Assembly (NCBI GenBank): GCA_963667845.2
Contig: CAXXVL010000002.1
Location: 928,001 to 992,000, forward strand
Direction of reading: 5' to 3'
Source: Smithellaceae bacterium
Lineage (GTDB): Bacteria > Desulfobacterota > Syntrophia > Syntrophales > Smithellaceae
DNA: 64,000 nucleotides
Shown piece after piece: positions 32,786 to 41,986 of this stretch. Positions within the stretch are counted from its first letter, which is position 1, and every line of letters starts with the position of its first letter. A program made the translations under genes and the position numbers. Below the pieces are notes generated by a model. That model ran no database searches, was not told the origin of the DNA, and saw nothing but the letters and a program-made list of their open reading frames with translations.

Positions 32786-32882
32786 ATCCCGCTCACGCGG
32801 GACGAGCGCTAATTCTCCGTACTTGCTGCGAAATAATGACGTTCATTTCATACCTTGACAGCTTGCTGCGAGATTGTTGATT
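32786..32882 (+). repeat. Dispersed ~97 bp repeat, copy 1
   Basis: Aligns by eye with 62983-63080 (ATCCCGC.CACGCGGGACGAGCG.TAAT.CTCCG..CTTGCTGCGAAATAATGACGTT.ATTTCAT.CCT.GACAGCTTGCTGCGAG...GTTGATT). Confidence 0.9.
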
Positions 32883-33138
32883 AAATCTCCTTGTTTTTTC
32901 AAATATGCTCTTATAGAATAAAAAACACTTCATTATTAATGGCGCTATATCATAGCATCTTTCCTCATGGTTGTTCTTTTCACTTTGCAGCTCTTCCTGA
33001 TTTGCCGGGCCCATGTTGTCGTTACCTAAAGGTTGTCGTTCTAAACGTGGTGGTCGTTTCTTATAGGCGTCAGAACATTTAACCCCGGGGTGTAAATACC
33101 CCCTCTTTAAGACATTTGTCTAGAAAGGAGCAGCGGCA

Positions 33139-34710
33139 ATGAAATTTGATAAGCTTTGGAAAACGGAAGATTGGTGGTCGGTCTGGCTTGGCCTTGGTCT
33201 TGTGATCCTGGCCATTGTTGCTCTATGGATGGGCACATCCATTAAGGGCTGGGCCGTTCTACCGAGCAAGATCACAGGTTTCAGCGCCGTCGGGGCAGAC
33301 CTGGCAAAGAATATCGGTGCGTATCTGATCATCTTTTTAATCCTCGGAGTGGTCTTCTGCGTCTCCATGAAGCTTATGGGCCACAAATTGAAATTTTTTA
33401 TTCCCGGTTTCATCATCCTGTTTGTCGGCGCGCTGATTATCTTTTATGTGGCCGGTACGAAATTCATGAGTGACTGGAACATAGAAGCGCCTCTGCTGGC
33501 CCTGATCGTCGGCCTCATCATTTCTAATGTCATTAAGATACCTGCATGGTTGAAGACGTCGCTCCGTACGGAATACTACGTCAAAACCGGCATCGTTCTC
33601 TTGGGAGCTACCTTGCCTTTCACGATCATTGTCAAGGCCGGTCCTATTGCTCTGCTTCAGGCTACGATTGTTTCCGTGGTCACCTGGCTCGCCATTTACC
33701 TGGCCGCCACCAGGATTTTTAAACTGGAACCCCAGTTCGGAGCGGTATTGGGGACGGGCGGTGCCGTGTGCGGTGTGTCCGCGGCCATTGCCGTCGGCGG
33801 TGCCGTCAAAGCCAAAAACGAACATATTTCCATCACCATTGCCGTAGTCACCGTCTGGGCGATCATCATGATCTTCGTCCTGACCATCGCGATGAAACAA
33901 CTTGTCCCGGATACGGTATCCCCCGGTGTTGCCGGCGCCATCGTCGGCACTTCCGAGTTTGCCGATGCCGCGGGTTTTGCGGTAGTGGCCGAACTGGCCA
34001 CGCGTTTTGGAGACGCGCCTATTCAGACATTTACCCTGATGAAAGTCATTGGCCGGGATATCTGGATCGGCATCTGGTGCCTTATTCTGGCTATTGTTTC
34101 CGTCGCGTTCTGGGAAAAATGTGCCGAGGGCGAGGACAGGAAGGTGACGGTTGGTCCCCGGATCATCTGGGAGAGATTTCCCAAGTTTGTCCTTGGATTT
34201 TTGGCGGGTTCCATTATTGTCAGCATCGTCGGCACCATGGTACCGGCTAATTATGCCGGAAAAGCCAATTGGGCAGACAAGATCAAGGGCAAGGAATATA
34301 AGGCCGATTTCTCCCAATACCAGGTGCCGCCGGAATTCGCCGACCGCATGACCGTCGACACTACGGCAAAAACTCTGGCCTTTAAGGGCCCTATGTCCGG
34401 CGATGAATTAAAAGCCTTGACCGCCAAAACGACCAGCCCGGATCAGGCCAAGGCATTAAACCAACTTAAAGCCAAATCGAGCTGGTTTGACAGTGTATTG
34501 GGTCCGAATGTCATCGGACCTATCAAAAATCTCAGATCCTGGGCCTTTGTGCTTTGCTTCCTCTGCATCGGTCTTTCCACCCGATTTGCTGAAATGCTCA
34601 CCTTCGGCATGAGACCTTTCTGGGCCTTTACCATTGGAGTCGTTGTCAATGTCCCCCTGGGAATCTTCTTATCCAGCTTTGTGTTTGTGGATTACTGGTC
34701 AAAGATTTGA
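33139..34710 (+). CDS. YeiH/TauZ-like putative sulfate/sulfite exporter family membrane protein
   Basis: TEDWWSVWLG, RTEYYVKTGIVLLGA, GAVCGVSAAIA, GTSEFADAAG, KVIGRDIWIG, IWERFPKFVLGF; RBS AAGGAG. Confidence 0.85.
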   Translation: MKFDKLWKTEDWWSVWLGLGLVILAIVALWMGTSIKGWAVLPSKITGFSAVGADLAKNIGAYLIIFLILGVVFCVSMKLMGHKLKFFIPGFIILFVGALIIFYVAGTKFMSDWNIEAPLLALIVGLIISNVIKIPAWLKTSLRTEYYVKTGIVLLGATLPFTIIVKAGPIALLQATIVSVVTWLAIYLAATRIFKLEPQFGAVLGTGGAVCGVSAAIAVGGAVKAKNEHISITIAVVTVWAIIMIFVLTIAMKQLVPDTVSPGVAGAIVGTSEFADAAGFAVVAELATRFGDAPIQTFTLMKVIGRDIWIGIWCLILAIVSVAFWEKCAEGEDRKVTVGPRIIWERFPKFVLGFLAGSIIVSIVGTMVPANYAGKANWADKIKGKEYKADFSQYQVPPEFADRMTVDTTAKTLAFKGPMSGDELKALTAKTTSPDQAKALNQLKAKSSWFDSVLGPNVIGPIKNLRSWAFVLCFLCIGLSTRFAEMLTFGMRPFWAFTIGVVVNVPLGIFLSSFVFVDYWSKI

Positions 34711-34766
34711 GCAGGGTAGCAAATGCGGCAAAGACGAAACAAATAAAATCATTAGCAGACTCTAAA

Positions 34767-34805
34767 TACTCCGCGGAGTAAAATGAAACACTCCGCGGAG
34801 TAAAA
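34767..34805. promoter_or_regulatory. Tandem palindromes upstream of the dsrA promoter (candidate operator)
   Basis: TACTCCGCGGAGTA (34767-34780) and ACTCCGCGGAGT (34790-34801), 22 bp period. Confidence 0.5.
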
Positions 34806-34874
34806 ATGCAGATCGGAAACAATGTAAAAATGGTCGCTAATAATGACTCTTAGACGTTAATGAGAGAAATTATC

Positions 34875-34903
34875 TTGACATGGTTTAATAAATCGAATAC
34901 CAT
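34875..34903 (+). promoter_or_regulatory. sigma70 promoter of the dsr operon
   Basis: TTGACA (34875-80), 17 nt, TACCAT (34898-903); RBS GGAGG before dsrA. Confidence 0.65.
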
Positions 34904-34983
34904 TCAGTAAAAGTGGTATGCTCATAACTTAACTCATTCACTCGGCGTCAAGCCTGGAGAATGGTTCGAAACGGAGGTAAATC

Positions 34984-36171
34984 ATGGCGAATTCAGAAAC
35001 ACCCCTGTTAGACAAGTTGGAAGAGGGGAAATGGCCCAGCTTTGTGAAGGACATGAAACAGGCCGCCCAGAAAAATCCTATGGCCAAGGATCTCCTTCAT
35101 CAGCTGGAACTATCCTATAAAGACAAGATCGGCCATTGGAAACACGGAGGCATTGTCGGTGTCAAGGGCTACGGATCCGGTGTCATCGGTCGCTACTCGG
35201 ACCGGCCCGACCTCTTCCCGAATGTTCAGGCTTTCCACACCCTGAGGGTCAATCACCCCACAGGCTGGTTTTACAAGACAGATGCTCTGCGCAGTCTCTG
35301 CGATGTCTGGGACAAGCACGGGAGCGGCCTCACCAACATGCATGGCTCAACGGGTGATGCCATTTTGCTGGGAACAAGAACCGAACACCTCCAGTCTTGT
35401 TTTGACGACCTTTCCGCCGCCGGTTTTGATCTCGGCGGTTCCGGATCTGCTCTGCGCACGCCCTCCGCCTGCGTCGGACCGGGACGATGTGAATGGGCCT
35501 GCATCGACAGTCTTGATATCTGCTACAACATCACCATGAGTTATCAGGACAAGATCCATCGCCCCATGTTCCCTTACAAGTTCAAGATTAAAGTCTCCGC
35601 CTGTTCCAACGACTGCGTGGCCTCCATTGCCCGTTCCGACTTATCCATCATCGGAACCTGGAAGGGAGACATTCAAATCGATCAGAAGGAAGTTCTTGCC
35701 TATGTGCCAACCATCGACATCCAGAAGGAAGTCTGCGACCTCTGCCCGACCCGGTGCATGGAATGGAACGGGAAAGAACTGAAGATATACAACGAAGATT
35801 GCAACCGCTGCATGCACTGCATCAATCTCATGCCGAAAGCTCTGCGTCCAGGCAAGGAAAAGGGTGCGACCATTCTGATCGGAGGCAAAGCGCCCATTTT
35901 ACAAGGAGCCCTTCTTTCCTGGGTCATCGTGCCGTTCATGAAACTGGAGCCGCCTTACACGGAACTCAAAGACCTGATCGAGCGCATCCAGGATTGGTGG
36001 GATGAAAACGCCAAGTCGCGAGAAAGACTCGGTGAACTGATCAAACGCCTGGGCATGAGAGTATTCCTGCGGGCCGTGGGGCTGCCTGCCGTTCCGCAAA
36101 TGGTTAAGGCGCCGCGGACCAATCCTTACGTATTTTTCTGGCCCGAAGAAATCAAAAAGGAGGTGAAGTAA
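34984..36171 (+). CDS. dsrA: Dissimilatory sulfite reductase alpha subunit
   Basis: [33 protein letters not shown], siroheme ligands CVGPGRC...[27 protein letters not shown]. Confidence 0.98.
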   Translation: MANSETPLLDKLEEGKWPSFVKDMKQAAQKNPMAKDLLHQLELSYKDKIGHWKHGGIVGVKGYGSGVIGRYSDRPDLFPNVQAFHTLRVNHPTGWFYKTDALRSLCDVWDKHGSGLTNMHGSTGDAILLGTRTEHLQSCFDDLSAAGFDLGGSGSALRTPSACVGPGRCEWACIDSLDICYNITMSYQDKIHRPMFPYKFKIKVSACSNDCVASIARSDLSIIGTWKGDIQIDQKEVLAYVPTIDIQKEVCDLCPTRCMEWNGKELKIYNEDCNRCMHCINLMPKALRPGKEKGATILIGGKAPILQGALLSWVIVPFMKLEPPYTELKDLIERIQDWWDENAKSRERLGELIKRLGMRVFLRAVGLPAVPQMVKAPRTNPYVFFWPEEIKKEVK

Positions 36172-36172
36172 G

Positions 36173-37234
36173 ATGGCTAAAACAGATATCGGACCCCCTG
36201 ATTATAAGACCATGCTTCCGCCCGTCATTCAGCGAAATTACGGGAAATGGCGTTATCACGAAATTCTCAAACCGGGTGTGCTCATGCACATCGCGGAATC
36301 GGGAGAAGCGCTCTACACTGTCCGTGCCGGTTCTCCGCGACTGATTTCAACCGATCATATCCGGGAAATCTGCGATATGGCGGACAAATACTGCGACGGT
36401 TACCTGCGTTTTACCAGCCGCCACAATATCGAGTTTCTTCTGGATGATAAGGATAAAGTCGAGCCGCTCATTGCCGAATTGGCCGAGCGCAAATACCCTG
36501 TCGGCGGCACCGGACATGCCATATCGAATATCGTGCATACGCAGGGCTGGGTGCACTGCCACACGCCGGCGACGGATGCTTCGGGGCCGGTCAAGGCCTT
36601 AATGGATGAGATTTACGATTACTTTGTGACGGCGACATTGCCCAACCACGTCCGGATCGCTCTGGCCTGCTGCCTGAATATGTGCGGTGCCGTACACTGC
36701 TCCGACATTGCCATTCTGGGGATTCATCGCACCGTGCCGATACCAGACAACACGCGGGTTCCGAACGTTTGCGAAATACCGTCCACGGTGGCCTCCTGTC
36801 CCACCGGCGCCATCCGGGGCGATATGAAAAACAAGACCGTAACTGTCAATCCGGATAAGTGCATGTATTGCGGCAACTGCTACACGGTTTGTCCGGCCAT
36901 GCCCATTGCCGATCCCGAAAACGACGGGATATCCATTTGGGTCGGAGGAAAGGTCTCCAACGCCAGAAGCGCTCCCAAATTTTCCAAGCTGGCCATTCCC
37001 TTTCTTCCCAATAACCCGCCGCGCTGGCCGGAGGTCGTAGATGCCGTAAAGAACATTATCGAGGTCTATGCAACGCATGCCCGCAAGCATGAGCGGGTCG
37101 GCGAGTGGATCGAACGCGTCGGCTGGGAGAGGTTCTTCACGCTGACAGGTATTCCGTTTACGGACAAGCATATCGATGATTTTGACATGGCCACGGAAAC
37201 ATTCCGGACATCGACGCAGTTCAAATGGGGGTGA
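36173..37234 (+). CDS. dsrB: Dissimilatory sulfite reductase beta subunit
   Basis: [68 protein letters not shown]. Confidence 0.98.
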   Translation: MAKTDIGPPDYKTMLPPVIQRNYGKWRYHEILKPGVLMHIAESGEALYTVRAGSPRLISTDHIREICDMADKYCDGYLRFTSRHNIEFLLDDKDKVEPLIAELAERKYPVGGTGHAISNIVHTQGWVHCHTPATDASGPVKALMDEIYDYFVTATLPNHVRIALACCLNMCGAVHCSDIAILGIHRTVPIPDNTRVPNVCEIPSTVASCPTGAIRGDMKNKTVTVNPDKCMYCGNCYTVCPAMPIADPENDGISIWVGGKVSNARSAPKFSKLAIPFLPNNPPRWPEVVDAVKNIIEVYATHARKHERVGEWIERVGWERFFTLTGIPFTDKHIDDFDMATETFRTSTQFKWG

Positions 37235-37236
37235 GT

Positions 37237-37473
37237 ATGAGCGAGGACTTGAAAACAAAGATCGTGACGCTCTTTCATGAAAAATCCAAGGGTGACAAGA
37301 AGATGTTTTACATCCGGGACGTGACCAAATGGCTGCCCGATGAAGACCGGCACGCTGTTCAAGATGCCGTCAAGGTTCTGCTCGATGAAGAAGTTTTGAA
37401 ATACTGGTCGAGCGGAAGTTCAACATACCTTATTTTGGCTGAATTTTTTCCGAAGGAAGAACCTTGTTCCTGA
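37237..37473 (+). CDS. dsrD: DsrD
   Basis: 78 aa directly after dsrB; K.FY..D, L.YWSSGSST motif. Confidence 0.9.
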   Translation: MSEDLKTKIVTLFHEKSKGDKKMFYIRDVTKWLPDEDRHAVQDAVKVLLDEEVLKYWSSGSSTYLILAEFFPKEEPCS

Positions 37474-37487
37474 TCAGGTAATGAAGC

Positions 37488-38948
37488 ATGAACCAATCCT
37501 GCCCACGTTTGATTATCGCCGCCCTTCGGGGCGGCGCGGGAAAAACAACCCTCTCTGTGGCAATGACCGTGGCTTTGCGTAAGCAGGGCATAACGGTCAC
37601 CCCCTTCAAAAAGGGTCCGGACTATATTGATGCCGCCTGGCTTTCTCAGGCGGCATCCGGTCCCTGTTACAACCTGGACACTTATCTGATGGGTGCAGAC
37701 CGGGTTGCCAGTTCTTTTTCGCGCCATGCCGCCCGAGGCGCCGTTTCCATCATTGAGGGCAACCGCGGACTCTTTGACGGTGTAAACGCTGCTGGTGAAT
37801 TTAGCACAGCCGAACTGGCCAAACTCCTCCATACGCCGGTTATTTTGATTGTCGACTGCGATAAGGTCACCCGGACGGCTGCGGCAATGGTCCTGGGCTG
37901 TCTGAACCTTGATCCGGCAGTGGACATCCAGGGCGTTATCTTAAGCCGCGTGAGTGGCAGCCGTCACGCCTCTGTTATCCGTCAGGCCATTGAGGAATAT
38001 GCCGGGCTTCGCATCTACGGCACAGTACCGCGCTTGTCGGATCTGCCTTTTGCGCAGCGGCATCTGGGATTGATACCGCCCGAGGAACACAACCAGATGC
38101 ATCAGGCCATGGAAAAGGCGGGAGCCATCGCCCGCGATTATCTGGACATGCCCGGTCTGATCAGCGTTGCCCAAAGCGCACCACCCTGGAGGATTGATGC
38201 ATTCCCCAATTCCATCCGCATAAACAGTGCCGATGACGAGCCTGTAACCATCGGCGTCATCAAAGACACGGCGTTTCAGTTTTATTATCAGGAAAATATT
38301 GAGGCGCTGACCGACCGGGGTGCGAAAGTCGTCCTGATCAGCGCTCTTGATGATAAAGTCCTGCCGCCGGTCGATGCCCTGTACATCGGCGGCGGATTTC
38401 CTGAAACCCAGGCCGAGAGGCTTTCCGCAAACGAATCCTTTCGCCTGTCTCTCCGAGAGGCGGCTGAGGCCGGTCTCCCGATTTACGCCGAATGCGGAGG
38501 CTTCATCTATCTGGGCGAATCTCTGGCCATCGGTGACAAACAATATCCGATGGTCGGCGCGCTGCCGGTAACGTTCGGGATGGAAAAAAAGCCGCAAGGA
38601 CACGGGTATACAACCCTGACCGTGGATCGGGAAAACCCTTTTTTCCCCATAGGCCAGACGATCACCGGTCATGAATTCCATTACTGCCGGATCCTTTCTC
38701 AAAGAGATGATGAAAGCCACACCGCCTACCGCGTTGTGCGGGGAACCGGAATGGACGGTCGAAGAGACGGCCTGTGCCGGAAGAATATTCTGGCGGGCTT
38801 CACGCATCTGCATGCGTTAGGGACTCCCGAGTGGGCGGATGCGCTTATAGACAGAGCCTCACATCACCACCAAACAAAGTTAAATCACGCGCCCGCTTTT
38901 CTCATGGATAGGCCTGATGCCAAGCCAAATAAGCGGATGGGTTTATGA
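37488..38948 (+). CDS. dsrN: Siroheme amidase (cobyrinate a,c-diamide synthase homolog)
   Basis: GGAGKTT, FKKGPDYIDA.W, EGNRGLFDG, AFQFYY.EN, GGGFPE, YAECGG, GHEFHY; located inside dsr operon. Confidence 0.9.
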   Translation: MNQSCPRLIIAALRGGAGKTTLSVAMTVALRKQGITVTPFKKGPDYIDAAWLSQAASGPCYNLDTYLMGADRVASSFSRHAARGAVSIIEGNRGLFDGVNAAGEFSTAELAKLLHTPVILIVDCDKVTRTAAAMVLGCLNLDPAVDIQGVILSRVSGSRHASVIRQAIEEYAGLRIYGTVPRLSDLPFAQRHLGLIPPEEHNQMHQAMEKAGAIARDYLDMPGLISVAQSAPPWRIDAFPNSIRINSADDEPVTIGVIKDTAFQFYYQENIEALTDRGAKVVLISALDDKVLPPVDALYIGGGFPETQAERLSANESFRLSLREAAEAGLPIYAECGGFIYLGESLAIGDKQYPMVGALPVTFGMEKKPQGHGYTTLTVDRENPFFPIGQTITGHEFHYCRILSQRDDESHTAYRVVRGTGMDGRRDGLCRKNILAGFTHLHALGTPEWADALIDRASHHHQTKLNHAPAFLMDRPDAKPNKRMGL

Positions 38949-38987
38949 TAAAAAAGATATCGATTAAATAATGAGGAGGGTTTGAAA

Positions 38988-39308
38988 ATGCCACAAATCG
39001 AACTGGCAGGCAAAATTTATGAAGTGGATGAAGACGGGTTTCTTCAGGAACTCGACAAGTGGAACGAAGAATTTGCAGAAGCTTACGCCCACGCGGAAGA
39101 TATCGAAGGTAAATTGACAGAAGAGCATTGGAAAGTGATCAACTACCTGCGAAATTATTATCAGCAATTCGGCATCGCCCCAATGATCCGGAAAATCTGC
39201 AAAGATCTGGGAATCGACATGAAGAAGCTCTATGAACTTTTCCCCACGGGACCTGCCAAAGGCGCCTGTAAACTGGCGGGACTCTCGAAGCCGACGGGTT
39301 GCGTTTAG
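38988..39308 (+). CDS. dsrC: Sulfur-carrier protein DsrC
   Basis: VDEDGFL, HWKVI.YLR.YY, ELFP.GPAKGACKLAGL.KPTGCV; both conserved C-terminal Cys present. Confidence 0.97.
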   Translation: MPQIELAGKIYEVDEDGFLQELDKWNEEFAEAYAHAEDIEGKLTEEHWKVINYLRNYYQQFGIAPMIRKICKDLGIDMKKLYELFPTGPAKGACKLAGLSKPTGCV

Positions 39309-39446
39309 ACAAGCCGACCAGAACCTCCGCTGCCTGCGTCGATCGCCAATCATCTCCGGTATGATTTCCGCTATGGTTCGCGATGTAATCATCCTGCGCC
39401 GCGCGAAGGGTTCTTGAACGCCGCCAAGTTAGAGGAAATGGATGAA

Positions 39447-40388
39447 ATGGAAACTCTGGTCATCGTTTTGACATATGTGGCGTATGTTTTCATCGTCGCC
39501 ATGTACACCCTTAAAGCCCGGGCATGGCTCGCCATGCCGCCTCATATCCGGTGGGATCTCTATCCGGTGATTCATGAGGAGCATTACAAATATGGGGGTT
39601 CTTACTACGAACAACCCGAGTGGTGGACAAAGCCGCGGCCGCGGCACCGTTTACGGAGCCTTTTTTACGCGCTCAAAGACAATTTCTACATGGGGGAATA
39701 TTTCAAGCGCAATCGCCTCTACTGGTTCGTTTTGCTGCCCTGGCATCTCGGGTTCATTTTCATTATCACTTTTCATATCATCTGTTTCTTTGCCGCCTGC
39801 GCCATCGCGGGCGGGATTAATATTGCGGCCGCTTCGGGACAACTGACAGGACAGATTTTTTATTATCTCTTGCTTGCAACAGGCGCCATCGCCTTCATCG
39901 GCGGCACATTCGGCTGCATCGGCATGCCGGTCATTCGCATCCTGGACCGGGGGCTCAGAACCTATGCCACGCCGTTCAATTTTTTCAATTATGCCTTCTT
40001 TTTCCTAGTGTACGCAACCGGTCTGTATTCCTGGATTGTTCTGGATCCGACGCTTGCCGAATATCGGACGTATTGGCTGGGGCTTATTTCACTTTCGCCA
40101 CCGCATCTTCACCCGATGACGGTGCTGCATATTATTCTGTTTGATCTGTTTCTCATTTATCTGCCCTTCACCCGATCGCTCCATTACATAACAAGGATTT
40201 TCGCCCTGTACTTTATCCGCTGGGACGATGAACCGAATATGCGAGGCTCCAAGCTCGAGGCGCAGATCTCCGGCCTGTTATCTCAGAAAATATCCTGGGA
40301 AGGCAAACATATTGAGTCAGGCGCAACCTGGGCCGAGGCGGCAACCAGAATAGATTCCACGCTTCCGAAGAAAAAGGATACGCCATGA
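39447..40388 (+). CDS. Second DsrM-like (NarI-type cytochrome b) membrane subunit
   Basis: P.H.RW.LYPV.HE...YGGSY.E..EWW.K, several TM helices with His, YLPFTR.LHYI; start 39438 or 39447. Confidence 0.8.
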   Translation: METLVIVLTYVAYVFIVAMYTLKARAWLAMPPHIRWDLYPVIHEEHYKYGGSYYEQPEWWTKPRPRHRLRSLFYALKDNFYMGEYFKRNRLYWFVLLPWHLGFIFIITFHIICFFAACAIAGGINIAAASGQLTGQIFYYLLLATGAIAFIGGTFGCIGMPVIRILDRGLRTYATPFNFFNYAFFFLVYATGLYSWIVLDPTLAEYRTYWLGLISLSPPHLHPMTVLHIILFDLFLIYLPFTRSLHYITRIFALYFIRWDDEPNMRGSKLEAQISGLLSQKISWEGKHIESGATWAEAATRIDSTLPKKKDTP

Positions 40389-41986
40389 AAAAGAAGATGA
40401 CCATCAATGATTTCAGCCGCCCCGGAGAGCAACTGGCCGTCATTGACCCGGCCAATTTGATGCCGCTGCCTGCGCCTTATGACAAATTTGATAAACCCAT
40501 TAAGGCGCTTTCACCTGAACAGAGAAAGCGTATGGATGCTTCTCTGGACGGCATTTCCATCCTCGGACTTACCCCTCCGGCGAGCCCGGAGGAGGAGCGG
40601 GCCTTCATCGAAAAATTTCTCGCAGGCCTTGCCAAATTGTTTACGTCCGAGGATAACTGGACGTTTCTGCAGCCGCTCGTGCACAGCCTGGAGTATTGCG
40701 TTAAATGTCAGATTTGCTCCGACATGTGCCCGGCTTATGTTGCTTCCGGCCGGGAAGAAATCTATCGTCCGACGATGCGGCCGGAAATTCTGCGCCGCAT
40801 CATCGGGAAATACATCAAGAAGAGTCATCCTCTTTTAAGAAAATTCCGGGGAATCGACATCGATCTCAACTGGCAGACGCTTGCGCGCCTCGCGGAATTG
40901 GCTTATCGCTGCACGCTCTGCCGGCGCTGCGCCCAGGTCTGTCCGCTCGGAATCGACAACGCGCTCATCAGTCGGGAAATCCGCAAGCTCTTCAGCCAGC
41001 AGATGGGCATTGCCCCGAAAGAGATCCACGAAAAGGGCACTGTCTTACAATTGAAGGCGGGCTCCAGCACGGGCATGACGCCTCCCGCCCTGAAGGATGT
41101 CCTGGAATTTATCGAAGAGGAGATTGAAGAAAAGACCGGGAAGAAGATAAAGATCCCCGTGGATAAAAAAGGCGCCGATATATTGCTGCTGCATAATGCG
41201 GGCGAATTCATCGCGTGGCCGGAAAACCTGGAAGCCTTTGCCATTCTGTTTGATGCCGCAGGCATCGACTGGACGCTCTCCAGTGAAATCGCCGGTTACG
41301 ATGCCGTTAATTACGGCGTCTGGTACGACGATATCCAGTTTGCCCGCATCGCATTGCTGCATGCTCAGGCGGCAAAAAATCTGGGCGTGAAGAAGATATC
41401 CTTGGGTGAATGCGGGCACGCCCACAAGGCCATGATTGTCATTGCCGACCGGATCCTGACCGGAGATCTCAACATTCCCCGGGAGAGCTCCATCCCGCTG
41501 ATGGAAGAGATTGTCATGAGCGGCCGCATTAAATTCGATCCCAGCCGAAATAATTTCCCGGTCACACTCCATGATCCCTGCAACATGGTGAGGCTCATGG
41601 GCATCGTCCAGCCGCAGCGGCGGATCCTGGAAAAGCTCTGCCCCCAGTTCCGGGAAATGACGCCTCACGGGGTGGAAAATTACTGCTGCGGCGGCGGAAG
41701 CGGGTTTGCGGTCACCCAGTCGACCAACTTTCCCGACTGGCGCTCTTCCATTTCGGGACGGATGAAGCTCAAGCAAACCCTGGAGGCGTTCCGGGATGTT
41801 TCATCTCCGGAAGTGAAGAAATATGTGTGCGCACCCTGCTCTAATTGCAAAGGGCAGTATCGCGAGTTGTTCAACTACTATGGTGTCTGGGAGAAGTCGG
41901 GCATTCTCTATGGCGGTCTGGTGGAATTGATCGTCAATGCCATGGCCGACCTGAAAAAACCTTTTATTCAGTGGGAATGGCATTGA
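40385..41986 (+). CDS. Second DsrK-like (HdrD/CCG-domain) Fe-S protein
   Basis: CVKCQICSDMC, CTLCRRCAQVCP, GECGH, HDPC, CCGGGSG, CAPCSNC; ATGA overlap with the dsrM-like gene. Confidence 0.85.
   Translation: MKKKMTINDFSRPGEQLAVIDPANLMPLPAPYDKFDKPIKALSPEQRKRMDASLDGISILGLTPPASPEEERAFIEKFLAGLAKLFTSEDNWTFLQPLVHSLEYCVKCQICSDMCPAYVASGREEIYRPTMRPEILRRIIGKYIKKSHPLLRKFRGIDIDLNWQTLARLAELAYRCTLCRRCAQVCPLGIDNALISREIRKLFSQQMGIAPKEIHEKGTVLQLKAGSSTGMTPPALKDVLEFIEEEIEEKTGKKIKIPVDKKGADILLLHNAGEFIAWPENLEAFAILFDAAGIDWTLSSEIAGYDAVNYGVWYDDIQFARIALLHAQAAKNLGVKKISLGECGHAHKAMIVIADRILTGDLNIPRESSIPLMEEIVMSGRIKFDPSRNNFPVTLHDPCNMVRLMGIVQPQRRILEKLCPQFREMTPHGVENYCCGGGSGFAVTQSTNFPDWRSSISGRMKLKQTLEAFRDVSSPEVKKYVCAPCSNCKGQYRELFNYYGVWEKSGILYGGLVELIVNAMADLKKPFIQWEWH

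Noticed and set aside
32650..33130. Attachment-site copy of the tRNA-Leu 3' end, or an integrase at the left edge of the cluster
   Set aside because: No matching sequence or recombinase ORF found by eye.
37488..38948. cobB/cbiA for cobalamin synthesis
   Set aside because: It sits between dsrD and dsrC with no other cob/cbi genes, so dsrN is the better call.
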